Shown here one piece after another: positions 36,744 through 48,908 of a DNA stretch of 64,000 nt. The stretch is from Spirulina sp. Its GTDB lineage: Bacteria; Cyanobacteriota; Cyanobacteriia; Phormidesmidales; Phormidesmidaceae. The stretch is taken from the NCBI GenBank assembly GCA_044070495.1, contig JBIPSI010000001.1, forward strand, positions 32,001-96,000, given 5' to 3'. The position numbers and the translations under genes are program-made. How positions within the stretch are numbered: position 1 is the stretch's first letter; each line of letters starts with the position of its first letter. The notes beneath the pieces were generated by a model. That model made no database searches. It was not told the DNA's origin and saw only the letters and a program-made list of their open reading frames with translations.

Positions 36744-38135
36744 ATGGCCCCAACCAGCCACCCAACTCAGGGCGAAACCATTGCCGCCATTGCCACCGCC
36801 ATTGTGCCGCAGCAGGGCAGTGTGGGGATCGTGCGGCTGTCGGGGGCCACGGCGGTCGCCATTGCCAAGGCGTTGTTTCGCGCCCCTGGACGTCAACCGT
36901 GGGAGAGCCACCGCATCCTCTACGGCTATGTGGCAGACCCAATCACGGGGCAGACGGTGGATGAGGCGCTATTGATGCTGATGTTGGCTCCCCGCTCCTA
37001 CACCCGCGAGGATGTGGTGGAATTTCACTGCCACGGCGGGGTGATGGCGGTGCAGCAGGTGTTGCAGTTGTGTTTGAACCAGGGGGCACGGCTGGCCCAA
37101 TCGGGGGAATTTACCCTGCGCGCCTTTTTGAACGGACGGCTCGACCTCACCCAGGCGGAGGGGGTGGCGGATTTGGTGGCGGCGCAATCCACCCTGGCAG
37201 CAAGGACGGCCCTAGCAGGAGTGCAGGGCAAACTCACCCAGCCCATCCGCACCCTGCGTTCCCGCTGCTTGGACATTTTGGCGGAAGTCGAAGCCCGCAT
37301 TGACTTTGAGGATGACCTGCCACCCCTGGATGAGGCGTCTGTTCAGCAAAACCTGAGTGCTGCCCTAACCGAAGTCAGCACCCTCCTAGGCACCGCAGAA
37401 CAGGGGGAACGCCTGCGTACCGGGCTGAAGGTGGCGATTGTAGGACGGCCCAACGTGGGCAAATCTAGCCTGCTGAATGCCTGGAGCCAGACGGATCGCG
37501 CCATTGTTACCGACCTGCCGGGGACGACCCGTGATGTGGTGGAGTCGCACCTCGTCGTGGGCGGCATTCCGGTGCAGGTGTTGGATACGGCGGGCATCCG
37601 CGAAGCCACCGACCAGGTAGAGCAGATTGGCATTGAACGATCCCGGAAAGCGGCCCAGGCAGCGGATTTGGTGTTGCTGACCCTCGATGCCACGGCGGGT
37701 TGGACGGAATCTGATCAAGCGCTTTACGACCTGGTGCAGGATCGGCCCCTGATTGTGGTGATCAACAAGCGGGACTTGGTGGACAAGACCGTGACTCTCC
37801 CGCTACCCGATGACACGCTACCCGTGGTCTACACCGCCGCCGCCCAAAATCAGGGGATCGACGCTTTGGAGAAGGCTATTCTCAAAGCCATCCACGCCGA
37901 TCAGATCGCCCTTGGCAACCTAGAATTTACCCTCAACCAGCGCCAAGCCGCCGCCCTCACCGAGGCCCAAATTGCCCTGCGCCAGGTACAACAGACCATC
38001 GACAGCCAGTTCCCCCTAGATTTTTGGACGATTGACCTACGCACCGCCATCCACGCCCTCGGTTCCATCACCGGGGATGAAATGACCGAATCCATGCTAG
38101 ACGAGATTTTCAGCCGCTTCTGCATCGGCAAATGA
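36744..38135 (+). CDS. mnmE: tRNA modification GTPase MnmE
   Basis: [35 protein letters not shown]. Confidence 0.97.
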   Translation: MAPTSHPTQGETIAAIATAIVPQQGSVGIVRLSGATAVAIAKALFRAPGRQPWESHRILYGYVADPITGQTVDEALLMLMLAPRSYTREDVVEFHCHGGVMAVQQVLQLCLNQGARLAQSGEFTLRAFLNGRLDLTQAEGVADLVAAQSTLAARTALAGVQGKLTQPIRTLRSRCLDILAEVEARIDFEDDLPPLDEASVQQNLSAALTEVSTLLGTAEQGERLRTGLKVAIVGRPNVGKSSLLNAWSQTDRAIVTDLPGTTRDVVESHLVVGGIPVQVLDTAGIREATDQVEQIGIERSRKAAQAADLVLLTLDATAGWTESDQALYDLVQDRPLIVVINKRDLVDKTVTLPLPDDTLPVVYTAAAQNQGIDALEKAILKAIHADQIALGNLEFTLNQRQAAALTEAQIALRQVQQTIDSQFPLDFWTIDLRTAIHALGSITGDEMTESMLDEIFSRFCIGK

Positions 38136-38166
38136 GGCCATCGTCTAGCCCCTACTCTTACCGTCG

Positions 38167-38430
38167 ATTCGTGGGGTGCATTCGCGGCTGCAATTGCCCT
38201 TGGCCATCGTCGGGGCATGTTTGTTCGCCACAGTGCACCATCATCCCAGCAACATTCGCGGCTGCAATTGCCCTTGGCCATCGTCGGGGCATGTTTGTTC
38301 GCCGCAATGCACCATCCCAGAAGCCAGCATGGCCAAACAAAATATAGATTCCCTCAATGGTGCATTGCGGCGAATGCAGAGCATGGGGCCATCGTTCCCT
38401 GGATTTGTGCCGCGAATGCACCCTACGAAT
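38167..38430. repeat. REP-bounded (REPIN/MITE-like) element with internal duplication
   Basis: 22-bp near-perfect terminal IR ATTCGTGGGGTGCATTCGCGGC / GCCGCGAATGCACCCTACGAAT; about 64-bp direct repeat at 38179 and 38253. Confidence 0.8.
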
Positions 38431-38470
38431 GTCCACATAAGGTGGGGTAACATGAGGAGAAACCGGGGTT

Positions 38471-39715
38471 CTAGCGGTACTGCGCCGATGCCCTGATCGT
38501 GGGCTGAGCGGAAACACCGGCATTATCAATGTCGGACGAGGTCGCTTGGGCCGGAAGCCACAGGGTAAAACAACTGCCTTGGCCAGGGGTGGATTGCACC
38601 GTAATCGTCCCCCCGTGGAGGGTGGCCAACCGCTGAGCCAAATGCAGCCCTAAGCCGTGGCCCGCCCGCCGATGGTCGCCTTGGCGAAACCACTGAAACA
38701 CAGCCTGTTGTTCTGCTGGGGTCATGCCAATGCCCGTATCCTGCACCCGTACAGAAACCCAGGGGCCAGAATGCTGGGGGCTAGGCTGTAGCGGTTGTGG
38801 GGGTTCCGAGGATTGCCCTAGGGTAATCTCAATCCCACCTTGGTCGGTGAACTTAATGGCGTTGCCCACCAGGTTGGTCAAAATCCGTCGTAGTTCCAGG
38901 GTGTCGCCGATCACCGTCGGAAAGCCCTCGCTGCGGCTGACTGGGCGTTGGTCGCTGTTAGCCATTGGCGTTGCCCCAGCGATCACCTGACAGGTCAACC
39001 CCTTGGCTTCGGCCAGGGGACAGATCGCCTGAGCTACAGTCGTCACCAGATCTGGCAAATGGACGGGCAATTGGGCCAGGGTTTTCTGTCCAGCTTCGTG
39101 GCGGTACACTTCCAGCAGGGTGTTCACCATATTTAGCAGGTGATCGTTGCTGTCGATAATGCTCCCCATCGCCTCGTGGGCTTCATCGGGTAGGGGGCCA
39201 AAGGCATCGTTACGGCAGAGCTTTAGCATTCGGTTCGCGGCCACCAGGGGGGTGCGTAAATCGTGGGTGAGGCGGGCCACAAAGTCGTCTCGCTGGCGCA
39301 TCATATAAGTCTGGGCGTCCATACTTCGCTTCAGCCGCAGTAGGGAACGCACCCTAGCCCGCAATTCATTCACATCCACAGGTTTACGAATGAAGTCGTC
39401 GGCCCCCGCATCCAACCCCTGCACCAGGCTAGATTGGTCGTGGGCGGTAATCAGCAAAATGGGGATGTAGGGCAGATCTCGATCCTGCCGAATTTGCCGG
39501 GTTACGGCATAGCCATCTAGGTCGGGCATCATCACATCCAGCAAAATCAAGTCTGGAGGTTGCTGCTGTACCTGAGCCAAAGCCGCCTGTCCCCCATCCG
39601 CCAATCGAATACAGTAGGTGGGGTCGTCCAAAATCGTCTCAATCAAGAACAAGTTATCCGGCGAATCATCCACCGCCAAGATGTAAAAAGGTTCCGACAC
39701 CGATGCTACGGCCAT
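38471..39715 (-). CDS. Hybrid receiver-histidine kinase
   Basis: AVDD, LDVMMP, RKP; THDLRTPL, NLVGNAIKFT, GHGLGL. Confidence 0.92.
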   Translation of the reverse strand: MAVASVSEPFYILAVDDSPDNLFLIETILDDPTYCIRLADGGQAALAQVQQQPPDLILLDVMMPDLDGYAVTRQIRQDRDLPYIPILLITAHDQSSLVQGLDAGADDFIRKPVDVNELRARVRSLLRLKRSMDAQTYMMRQRDDFVARLTHDLRTPLVAANRMLKLCRNDAFGPLPDEAHEAMGSIIDSNDHLLNMVNTLLEVYRHEAGQKTLAQLPVHLPDLVTTVAQAICPLAEAKGLTCQVIAGATPMANSDQRPVSRSEGFPTVIGDTLELRRILTNLVGNAIKFTDQGGIEITLGQSSEPPQPLQPSPQHSGPWVSVRVQDTGIGMTPAEQQAVFQWFRQGDHRRAGHGLGLHLAQRLATLHGGTITVQSTPGQGSCFTLWLPAQATSSDIDNAGVSAQPTIRASAQYR

Positions 39716-39829
39716 TGACCAACCATGTTGATAGACCAGCGAGGGGAAAAGAGGCTAGCTTTACCTGTTTCTCCCTTGCCGACGTGTGCTTTCTTATTTA
39801 GCCCACAGTCTACCGAATTAGGCCTCTAT

Positions 39830-39867
39830 CTATTGGTTGGACTATTGGTTGGACTATTGGTTGGACT
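39830..39867. repeat. 12-bp tandem repeat x3
   Basis: (CTATTGGTTGGA)3. Confidence 0.85.
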
Positions 39868-39938
39868 TATGATCGTTGGGACTTGCCGCAACGGACGGAC
39901 AGGTAGGCACGGATAGCGGCTAGCAATAGCCGCCATGG

Positions 39939-40313
39939 CTATTCAGCTTGGCCACTTTGGCGACCCAGTTCGTAGACCCCGCCGATGATGAAAGCGATAA
40001 TTCCCAGGCTAACGGCCCAACTGCCGCCCAAGCTAAAGGAAAGACCGTAGTGGGCCACCCCTCCCATCGCTAAAAAGGGAACAACGCTAAGCAGCGAGGC
40101 CGCCGCCATTTGGGCCTCGTGGCCTCGGTTGGCTGGGGAATTAGACCGGGTTGACTGTTGTGGGTCAGCCTTGAGGGACTGAAGCCAGCGGTGGCAACCA
40201 TCAATCACCCGGTCGGCTACGGGAGAAAAGCCTAGGTACAGCGCCAAGGCCCAGAGCACTGTCCCTGCAACCGATCCAAGCCCTAGGGAAAAGGGAAAAA
40301 CAGAACTCATCAT
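39939..40313 (-). CDS. Conserved cyanobacterial membrane protein
   Basis: LWALALYLGF...SVVPFL...GVYELGR. Confidence 0.8.
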   Translation of the reverse strand: MMSSVFPFSLGLGSVAGTVLWALALYLGFSPVADRVIDGCHRWLQSLKADPQQSTRSNSPANRGHEAQMAAASLLSVVPFLAMGGVAHYGLSFSLGGSWAVSLGIIAFIIGGVYELGRQSGQAE

Positions 40314-40318
40314 TGGCC

Positions 40319-41119
40319 CTAACTCCATCCGTCGGAGGGGCCACCGGGCCGATAGTCGGGCCGAGGAGAATTGCCAGAATCGGGCCGGTAACGATCTTGG
40401 TAGTCGCTGCGGGTTTTGGGACGACGGCGTCGCAGGCGTTCATCGGCACGGGGGGCACTGCTGTAGGTCGATCCTTCAGAATAAATCGGGCCAACCGATC
40501 CCTCGGAATAGCCAGATTCATCTGGTCGTTCCCCAGGCCGTTCCCCAGGCCGTTGATCCCCAAAATCATCGGGCCGTTGGCTAGGCGACATTCCCCCTCG
40601 GTCGTCGTAGCGGGGAGCGTAGGGATCTTGGGCATAACCGGAGGGCTGGGAGTAGGGCCGTCCGCCTTCATCGCGCCCCCCCAGCATGGGGCGAGGCCGC
40701 GCGTAGGGGTCTTCCAATCCGTAGTCCTGCCGATCTAATTCGGCCCGCAGATTGGCTCGGCTGTCGCCCCTATAGGCTGGACGACTGGGGCGAGAGGGGG
40801 GCCGATAGCCACCGCCACCATAGCCATCGCGACCGTCACCCTGAGGTGTAGGACGACCTTGGTAGGGTTCACGGGCGTTGATATTTTGAATCAGTAGGGC
40901 AGTCAGCATCCCCACCATAATCATTTGCTGAAAAGAGGGAATCAGTTCCATGGTGAGATGTCCCAGCAGGAACACCCCGGAAATCAGCATCAGAACGGCG
41001 TAGACCCGATCCGAATCGCGCCCATAACCTGGCCTAAAGCGTTCTAAAAAAAACAGCGCAACCGCGCCGAGAACCAAAAAAATACCAAGCAGCAGGGGAA
41101 CAGGGGTACCAAAATTCAC
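40319..41119 (-). CDS. ycf66: Ycf66 family protein
   Basis: MNFG...RP...RD.D N-terminal TM domain, R/P/D-rich tail, downstream of psbX. Confidence 0.8.
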   Translation of the reverse strand: MNFGTPVPLLLGIFLVLGAVALFFLERFRPGYGRDSDRVYAVLMLISGVFLLGHLTMELIPSFQQMIMVGMLTALLIQNINAREPYQGRPTPQGDGRDGYGGGGYRPPSRPSRPAYRGDSRANLRAELDRQDYGLEDPYARPRPMLGGRDEGGRPYSQPSGYAQDPYAPRYDDRGGMSPSQRPDDFGDQRPGERPGERPDESGYSEGSVGPIYSEGSTYSSAPRADERLRRRRPKTRSDYQDRYRPDSGNSPRPDYRPGGPSDGWS

Positions 41120-41419
41120 AGCGGATTCCTCGATAGGATGGCAACGCCAAGGCCAGAAGTTCCTCTAGGGCGTGTACCTGGGATAGGTCAAAAACAGTCC
41201 CTGAGGATTCAGGCCAGCATTCACCTCAGGGAAGATAGTGCTGCTAGACAGCCCTAGCAGCAACCCCAGTCACACCAATTCTAACGGACTTCCGGCGATT
41301 CTATTGATGCCACGGCGACGGTTCCAGGGCAGATTTCCCGTCTGGGCACCCAACTCAGACACCAGAAGGGTCGGCAATACCCAAGGCATCACCGACCCTT
41401 CCTTCGGGATCAAACCGAA

Positions 41420-41539
41420 CTACTGACGCTGAATTTTGTCCCGTTGGCTCAGGAAGAGTAGGGCGACGGTGGCGGGAATCACAATAATGATGGCCCCAGC
41501 CAGGATGCTCAGCAGAAAATTCGTTAGCGAAGGTGTCAT
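41420..41539 (-). CDS. psbX: Photosystem II protein X
   Basis: Manual translation [39 protein letters not shown]. Confidence 0.95.
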   Translation of the reverse strand: MTPSLTNFLLSILAGAIIIVIPATVALLFLSQRDKIQRQ

Positions 41540-41732
41540 AGGGTCTTTGTCCTGATAACGGTTTAGACAAATTGTTACTCAATATTATTGATCAACTTTA
41601 CATCGCCAACACAACCGCTAGGCTAGGATTCAGCCCCAATCGGCCCAACTCCTGGGGATTCTGAGGGTGAGCGGCGGAACGGTGGTGTTTACAAAGCTTT
41701 AGAATAGGGACAGAATTCTAGATTTTTTAGGT

Positions 41733-42023
41733 GTGACTATGGCCATGGCAGCGGTGTTGAATTGGGGTGTAGGGCTCTTGCTAGCGCTGATGACCCTGCT
41801 ATTTATTTTCCGCATCGTCCTCACCTGGTACCCCCAGGTAGACCTGACTAAGCTACCGGTCTCCCTTGTCGTGTGGCCCACGGAACCGCTGCTGGCCCCG
41901 GTGCGCAGGCTGGTGCCCCCCATTGGCGGCGTTGACATTTCCCCAGTAATTTGGGTGGGCATCATCACCCTGCTGCGGGAAATTTTGGTGGGGCAGCAGG
42001 GTTTGCTGCGAATGCTGGGGTAG
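41733..42023 (+). CDS. YggT family membrane protein
   Basis: RIVLTWYP, TEPLLAPVRR.VPPIGGVDISP. Confidence 0.92.
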   Translation: MTMAMAAVLNWGVGLLLALMTLLFIFRIVLTWYPQVDLTKLPVSLVVWPTEPLLAPVRRLVPPIGGVDISPVIWVGIITLLREILVGQQGLLRMLG

Positions 42024-42068
42024 GGGGCACCCGAATCCGGTGTAATCTAGGACGCCTCATTACACGCG

Positions 42069-42887
42069 ATGGACGACTCGACCCCTTCCTTCCCAGCCTG
42101 CACCCTTGGGGACACTCGGCGGGATCGCCTACGCCGTCACTTAGACACCACCGACACCCTGGCGGGGCAGATCATCAATGGCGCGATTGTGGGGCTGATT
42201 TTTCTATCTGCCGCCATTTTTGTCATCAAAACCTATCCGATCTCGCCTGAACTGGATGCTTGGCTGGATATTCTGGACTGGCTGATTGTACTGGCCTTTT
42301 CCTTAGAATATGGCCTACGGCTATGGGTGGCCCCCAATCCCTGGCGCTATGGGTTTAGCTTCTATGGATTGCTTGACTTAGCCGCCATTTTGCCCTCTTG
42401 GATTGGGGTGTTTGATATTCGCTTTCTGCGATTTTTTCGATCCTTGCGAATTCTGCGGCTGGTGCGAATCTTCAATGATCGCCTCTGGTTTGGCCAAGTT
42501 ACCAGTGCCGAAAGCCTGATCCTGCTGCGGATTTTGTTTACCCTAGGGGCGATTATTTTTATCTATTCCGGCCTCATTTTCCAGGTCGAGCATCCCCGCA
42601 ACCCAGACAGCTTTAAAACCTTTGTAGATGCCCTTTATTTCGCGGTCGTCACCATGACCACCGTAGGCTACGGCGATGTTACCCCGATTTCCGAAGCAGG
42701 CCGAGGGCTAACGGTGGCCATGATTTTAACCGGGGTGGCCCTCATTCCTACCCAGGTAAGCCGCCTGATTCGACAGTGGGCCAAGGTGACCAAATCGCGT
42801 CACCACCCCTGCCCCGGCTGTGACTGGACAAGCCACGATGCCGATGCCCGCTTCTGTAAACGCTGCGGCACCGCTTTAGACGATTGA
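42069..42887 (+). CDS. 6-TM potassium channel with C-terminal zinc ribbon
   Basis: S4 RFLRFFRSLRILRLVR, filter TTVGYGD, CPGC...FCKRCG. Confidence 0.9.
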   Translation: MDDSTPSFPACTLGDTRRDRLRRHLDTTDTLAGQIINGAIVGLIFLSAAIFVIKTYPISPELDAWLDILDWLIVLAFSLEYGLRLWVAPNPWRYGFSFYGLLDLAAILPSWIGVFDIRFLRFFRSLRILRLVRIFNDRLWFGQVTSAESLILLRILFTLGAIIFIYSGLIFQVEHPRNPDSFKTFVDALYFAVVTMTTVGYGDVTPISEAGRGLTVAMILTGVALIPTQVSRLIRQWAKVTKSRHHPCPGCDWTSHDADARFCKRCGTALDD

Positions 42888-43020
42888 GGATGCCAATCCC
42901 AGCCCCAGAAACCCGGTTGCTAGATCTGCGTTGCCCAGATCTCTGGGCTAGGTAGGCGGTACATGGTGGCGTGGTAGGAGACTGGAGGTTGATCCCAAGC
43001 CCCGACCGGCCTATTAACCC

Positions 43021-44370
<1,350 letters not shown>

Positions 44371-44561
44371 TCTATAGGGCGATAGTCTCTCAACCAGAAT
44401 CATACGATGGTTGCTGATCCTATCACGGGGGGTGGGGAAGAAAATTTGTGATCCGAAGGGGCTAACAAAGCGGTCATTATGGTTTATCCTTATAAAGCTG
44501 AGATGCGCCCCCTAGGCTAAATACCCTCATGAGCTTGAGTTAGGCGGTTTCAGTCCAGTCT

Positions 44562-44643
44562 GCGGATGTGGTGGAATTGGTAGACACGCACGCTTGAGGG
44601 GCGTGTGGCTCACGCTGTGCGAGTTCGAGTCTCGCCATCCGCA
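44562..44643 (+). tRNA. tRNA-Leu(GAG)
   Basis: GCGGATG...CATCCGC-A; anticodon arm CACGC-TTGAGGG-GCGTG; long variable arm. Confidence 0.95.
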
Positions 44644-45097
44644 TTGTTTTTCCTCGGCACTGTTTTCCTTCCGGTGCCTATCTCTGCTTATGGCAGAAGG
44701 TCGTTTTCCCAGTTGATCCGCGACAGCTTTTAGCCCTGTTTGGTATTTGGCTACTGTTTTAGCTTGGAGCCGGTTGGTGACGATACCGGAGTGGGGGATT
44801 TTGATGCCCCCGGAGCAAGGGGAAATATTTGGCTTGTTGAGGCATGATTGTTAGATAAGTTGCTGCTCCTCGATTTTTTGCTCCTCGATTTTTAAGGAGA
44901 GTTCGGAGGGTTAGGGATGATGATGATTCTCTGGGAACCTCGATTAATTGTTTTTTTGGCTAATGGCGTCTCATTTGAGACAGTCCAGGTGATTCAGAGA
45001 GATTCCATGACCTCCCAACGGAAAGAGTCCCCTATTTTTTGGGAAAAAATAGGGTTGGAAGACCCCATTGAAGTCGATTTCCCGACTTCAGGCCTGA

Positions 45098-45283
45098 TTA
45101 TCTTGCCAGTTCAGCCAATGCCTCAGGTTGGGTTTCAAGATACACGAACCGCTTCAGGTTATACACCAAATTTTTCAGACCCAACTGAGTCTGAGCCCGT
45201 GCCAACCCGATGCTGCGCACCACCTTGCCTCCCATGCTGGTGACAAACTCTCCAAAGACATGTTCCACTCTGGCACGGGTTTT
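45098..45283 (-). pseudogene. IS5-family transposase C-terminal fragment
   Basis: Manual translation KTRARVEHVFGEFVTSMGGKVVRSIGLARAQTQLGLKNLVYNLKRF...*. Confidence 0.8.
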
Positions 45284-45411
45284 AGAGGCTCTTCTGGGTT
45301 TGTGACTGAATTTGTATAGCAGTATACGGTTTGTATTTTTGAAGATAGCCGAAAGCCTTGTTGCACCGAGATATCAGGTTGGCTTATCACCATATACCCA
45401 GAAGAGCCTCT
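45284..45411. mobile_element. 128-bp MITE-like element
   Basis: Perfect 16-bp terminal IR AGAGGCTCTTCTGGGT / ACCCAGAAGAGCCTCT, non-coding AT-rich interior. Confidence 0.7.
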
Positions 45412-45419
45412 TTGGGCAT

Positions 45420-47321
45420 CTATTCCACCGTCACGCTCTTGGCGAGGTTGCGGGGTTGATCTACATCCAAACCGCGACGGGCTGCGATGTGGTAGGCCAG
45501 CAGTTGCAGGGGAATCACCGCCACGATGGGGGAGAGCAGTTCATCCACCGGGGGCACGGGCAGCAGTTTGTCGAAGGTGTCGGCGGCATCGGTATCTCCG
45601 GTGGGCACTACGCCGATTAGTTGGGCATCGCGGGCCTTGGCCTCCTGGGCATTGGAGAGCACCTTGTCGTAGACGCTCCCCGGCATGGCAATGGCCACCA
45701 CGGGCACCTTGGCATCCAGCAGGGCGATGGGGCCGTGCTTCATTTCGCCAGCGGGGTAGCCCTCGGCGTGGATGTAGCTGATTTCCTTCAGCTTTAGGGC
45801 ACCTTCTAGGGCAATGGGGAAGTTTACCCCTCGGCCCAAAAAGATAAAGTCCTGGGTGTCGTTAAAGTCGTGGGCGAGGTCTTCGATGTAGCGTTCCTGG
45901 CTTTCGAGCACTTGCTCAATATAGGCCGGAAGCTGGTGCAGTTGAGCGATGATTTCCTCAATCCGCTGGGGGGAGAGGGTTTTACGACGGTAGGCCAAAT
46001 CTAGGGCCAGGAAGTAGAAGGCCATCACCTGGGCGGTGAAGGTTTTGGTGGCGGCCACCCCGATTTCGATCCCGGCGTGGGTGTCGATGATGTGGGGCAC
46101 CAGGCGAGAGAGGGAGCTTTCGGGCCGATTGGTGATGCCCACCATGCGCGGCGCAAAGCGAGGGTCGTCCTGGGTGGTGCGGCGGGCTTGTTCCATTTCC
46201 AACGCGGCCAGGGTGTCGGCGGTTTCGCCGGATTGGGTGACGCCGATGGTGAGGGTGTTGGGAATTAGCGGCGTGGGGGAATAGCGAAATTCCGAGGCAT
46301 ACTGCACCATCACGGGCAGTTCCGCCAGTTGTTCGATCAGGTACTTACCCACCAGCCCCGCGTGCCAACTGGTGCCGCAGGCCACAATCTGCACATGATC
46401 CAGGCCGTCCAGCACCCCATCAGCGATGCCCAACTGCACCGGAGAACGGCCTGAATCGGCATTGATTCCATTGTCGATGTAGGTTTCTAGGCAAGTCCGC
46501 ACCACTCCGGGCTGCTCGTAGATTTCCTTCAGCATGAAGTGCTTGAAGCCCTGCTTTTCCACCATGATCGGGTTCCAGTTCAGGGTGATGGGGTGCTTGC
46601 GCTGGCGGTCTCCGGCAAAGTTGTAGACCTCTACCCCCAGGGGCGAGAGGCTGGCCAGTTCGCCATTTTCTAGGGGCAGCACAGCGCGGGTGTAGGGCAC
46701 GATGGCGGGGGTATCGCTGGCGCAGAAAAATTCCCCTTGGCCAAAGCCGATGACGAGGGGAGCCTGCTGCCGTACCACCACCAACTCATCGGGAAAATCC
46801 GCCGACACAATCGCTAGGGCAAAGGCCCCCTGCAAGTCCTGACAGGCCAGCCGTACCGCCTCGAATAGGGCTGAACGACCCTGGAAGTCCCCGGTTTTGC
46901 CGATCTTGGCCAGGTGGGAGGACACCAGATGGGGCACCACTTCGGTATCGGTATCCGACAGGAACTTGTGGCCCTCGGCCTTGAGGGTTTCCCGTAGTTC
47001 CCGGTAGTTTTCGACAATGCCGTTTTGCACCACGGCAATGCGGCCCTCGGTATCGCGGTGGGGGTGGGCATTGTATTCTTCGGGTTTGCCGTGGGTGGCC
47101 CAGCGAGTGTGGCCAATGCCCAGGCGGGCCGGATTCTCTAGGCCGTCGATTTTATCTTGCAGGTTTTGCAGCTTGCCCTTGGCCCGCACACAGTGTAGTT
47201 CGCCCTCAAACACCGTGGCAATGCCCGCCGAATCGTAGCCGCGATACTCTAGCTTGCGCAGCCCCTCCATCAAAATGGTGGTGGCGGCCTGGGTTCCGAT
47301 ATATCCGACAATGCCACACAT
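45420..47321 (-). CDS. glmS: Glutamine-fructose-6-phosphate aminotransferase
   Basis: MCGIVG, HTRWATHG, QSGETADT, PRNLAKSVTVE. Confidence 0.97.
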   Translation of the reverse strand: MCGIVGYIGTQAATTILMEGLRKLEYRGYDSAGIATVFEGELHCVRAKGKLQNLQDKIDGLENPARLGIGHTRWATHGKPEEYNAHPHRDTEGRIAVVQNGIVENYRELRETLKAEGHKFLSDTDTEVVPHLVSSHLAKIGKTGDFQGRSALFEAVRLACQDLQGAFALAIVSADFPDELVVVRQQAPLVIGFGQGEFFCASDTPAIVPYTRAVLPLENGELASLSPLGVEVYNFAGDRQRKHPITLNWNPIMVEKQGFKHFMLKEIYEQPGVVRTCLETYIDNGINADSGRSPVQLGIADGVLDGLDHVQIVACGTSWHAGLVGKYLIEQLAELPVMVQYASEFRYSPTPLIPNTLTIGVTQSGETADTLAALEMEQARRTTQDDPRFAPRMVGITNRPESSLSRLVPHIIDTHAGIEIGVAATKTFTAQVMAFYFLALDLAYRRKTLSPQRIEEIIAQLHQLPAYIEQVLESQERYIEDLAHDFNDTQDFIFLGRGVNFPIALEGALKLKEISYIHAEGYPAGEMKHGPIALLDAKVPVVAIAMPGSVYDKVLSNAQEAKARDAQLIGVVPTGDTDAADTFDKLLPVPPVDELLSPIVAVIPLQLLAYHIAARRGLDVDQPRNLAKSVTVE

Positions 47322-47486
47322 AGCCGTTCCTCCGCAGCGCTGGGCTCAAATCGTTTTCCTAGGGTAGCGCCTTGGGGATCAGAATCGTAGCCCTGGGAAA
47401 CACACCCGACGGAATGCCCACTAGGATACACGGTGAACCCAGGTCTGTGCGGCCCATATTACCAAGGGGCGACCTGCTGGGAGAAT

Positions 47487-48764
47487 CTACCCTTCGGCTA
47501 GGGGGGCGACGGCGGCCTCTGGCCCCAGCAACACAATGGTGGGATCGTAGAAAAAGGCCTGGGCCACGGCTTCCGTATCGAGGGCGGTAACGGCATTGAC
47601 CAGGTCGGAGAAGTGTTGGTCAAACTCGACGCCTAGGCCCAAAATTTCGTACCAGCCCAGCAGTTGGGCCAGTTGGGCGTTAGTTTGTTTGCCGAGGGCA
47701 TATTGCCCCAAAAGTTTGTTTTTGGCCGCTTGCAATTCCTCTTCGCTAAGCAGAACGTTGCGCAGGCGTTCCACCTCAAACCGCAGCCCCTCTAGGGCGG
47801 TGGCGGCATTGTCTGGGGCGGTGCCCATGTAGGCCACAAACTGCGACGACCCTAGGCGGGTGGGATAAAACGCCGAGACATCGTAGGCCAGGCCCCGTTT
47901 TTCCCGCAGTTCCACAAACAGACGGCTAGAGAGCCCATTGCCTAGATAGGTGTTGATCAACTTCAGGGCGGCATAGGCCGGATGCTGCACCGACGCCCCC
48001 CCGTAGCCCACCATCACAATGGCCTGGTTGGTCTCCTGGATGACGGGGATACGAACCTGCACAGGCTCTACGTCTGGGAACTGTAGCGTCAGGGGCGGAG
48101 TGGTAGGCCGGGGCCAGTCTCCCAGGGTGCGCTCCACCTGCTCCACGGCGGCTTCTGGGCTGATGCGACCCACCACCGTTACCACCACGTTATCGGGCCG
48201 AAAGTGCTGGCGATGGAACGCCAGGAGTTGTTCCTGGGTGAAGGCGGTGACGCTGGCCTCGGTGCCGATGCTGGAGAGGGCGTAGGGGTGTTCGCCATAC
48301 ATGGCCTGCCGTAGTTCGTTGAAGGCCACCGTAAAGGGCTGCTCCTGCATGGATCGAATTTGCTGGAGGGTGAGCCGTTGTTCGAGGTCGATTTCCTCCG
48401 GGGGAAAGCTGGGGCGGCGCAGCAAATCGGTGGCTAGGGCAAAGATGTCCTCAAAATCGGTTGCCACGGTTTTGAGGCTGATGACACTGTAGTCGGTGGC
48501 GGAGTCGGTGCTGAGGCTGGCCCCCACGGATTCCACCGCTTCGGCAATGGCCATGGACGATAACCGATCGGTGCCCTTGGTGAGCAGACCCATCAAAAAG
48601 CTGACCAGCCCAGCGGTGTCCGGGGTTTCAAAGGCACTGCCCGCTCGAATAAAGATACGAGCTGAGATAATGTCCGCCACAGGATTTTCGAGAACGAGCA
48701 CCGTGAGCCCATTGGCCAAGACGGTGCGGTGAAGGCGGGGTACGTGGAGTAGAGAGGCTGTCAC
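47487..48764 (-). CDS. M16 peptidase, non-catalytic subunit
   Basis: M16 fold, SSRLFVELREKRGLAY; HxxEH replaced by SFLMG. Confidence 0.88.
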   Translation of the reverse strand: MTASLLHVPRLHRTVLANGLTVLVLENPVADIISARIFIRAGSAFETPDTAGLVSFLMGLLTKGTDRLSSMAIAEAVESVGASLSTDSATDYSVISLKTVATDFEDIFALATDLLRRPSFPPEEIDLEQRLTLQQIRSMQEQPFTVAFNELRQAMYGEHPYALSSIGTEASVTAFTQEQLLAFHRQHFRPDNVVVTVVGRISPEAAVEQVERTLGDWPRPTTPPLTLQFPDVEPVQVRIPVIQETNQAIVMVGYGGASVQHPAYAALKLINTYLGNGLSSRLFVELREKRGLAYDVSAFYPTRLGSSQFVAYMGTAPDNAATALEGLRFEVERLRNVLLSEEELQAAKNKLLGQYALGKQTNAQLAQLLGWYEILGLGVEFDQHFSDLVNAVTALDTEAVAQAFFYDPTIVLLGPEAAVAPLAEG

Positions 48765-48908
48765 AGGCAGAGTGGGGGGGGTAGAGGATAAGGGTTGGGA
48801 ATTAGGCGTTGGGTAAGTAGGTTCTGATGATCAGGAATCCTAAAACCCTTTTGGTTTTTGACTTTTGACTTCTGATGGCAACACCTAAACTAGCCATGGC
48901 CAGCGGGT

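Noticed and set aside
38132..38529. Several overlapping ORFs or a mini-CRISPR
   Set aside because: Explained by a palindromic repeat element; only two long copies separated by about 10 bp
44917..45393. Track ORFs in the tRNA-Leu/glmS interval
   Set aside because: Wrong frames or strand; the recognisable coding remnant is the IS5 fragment
47322..47486. glmS ribozyme upstream of glmS
   Set aside because: No recognisable ribozyme core consensus in the leader
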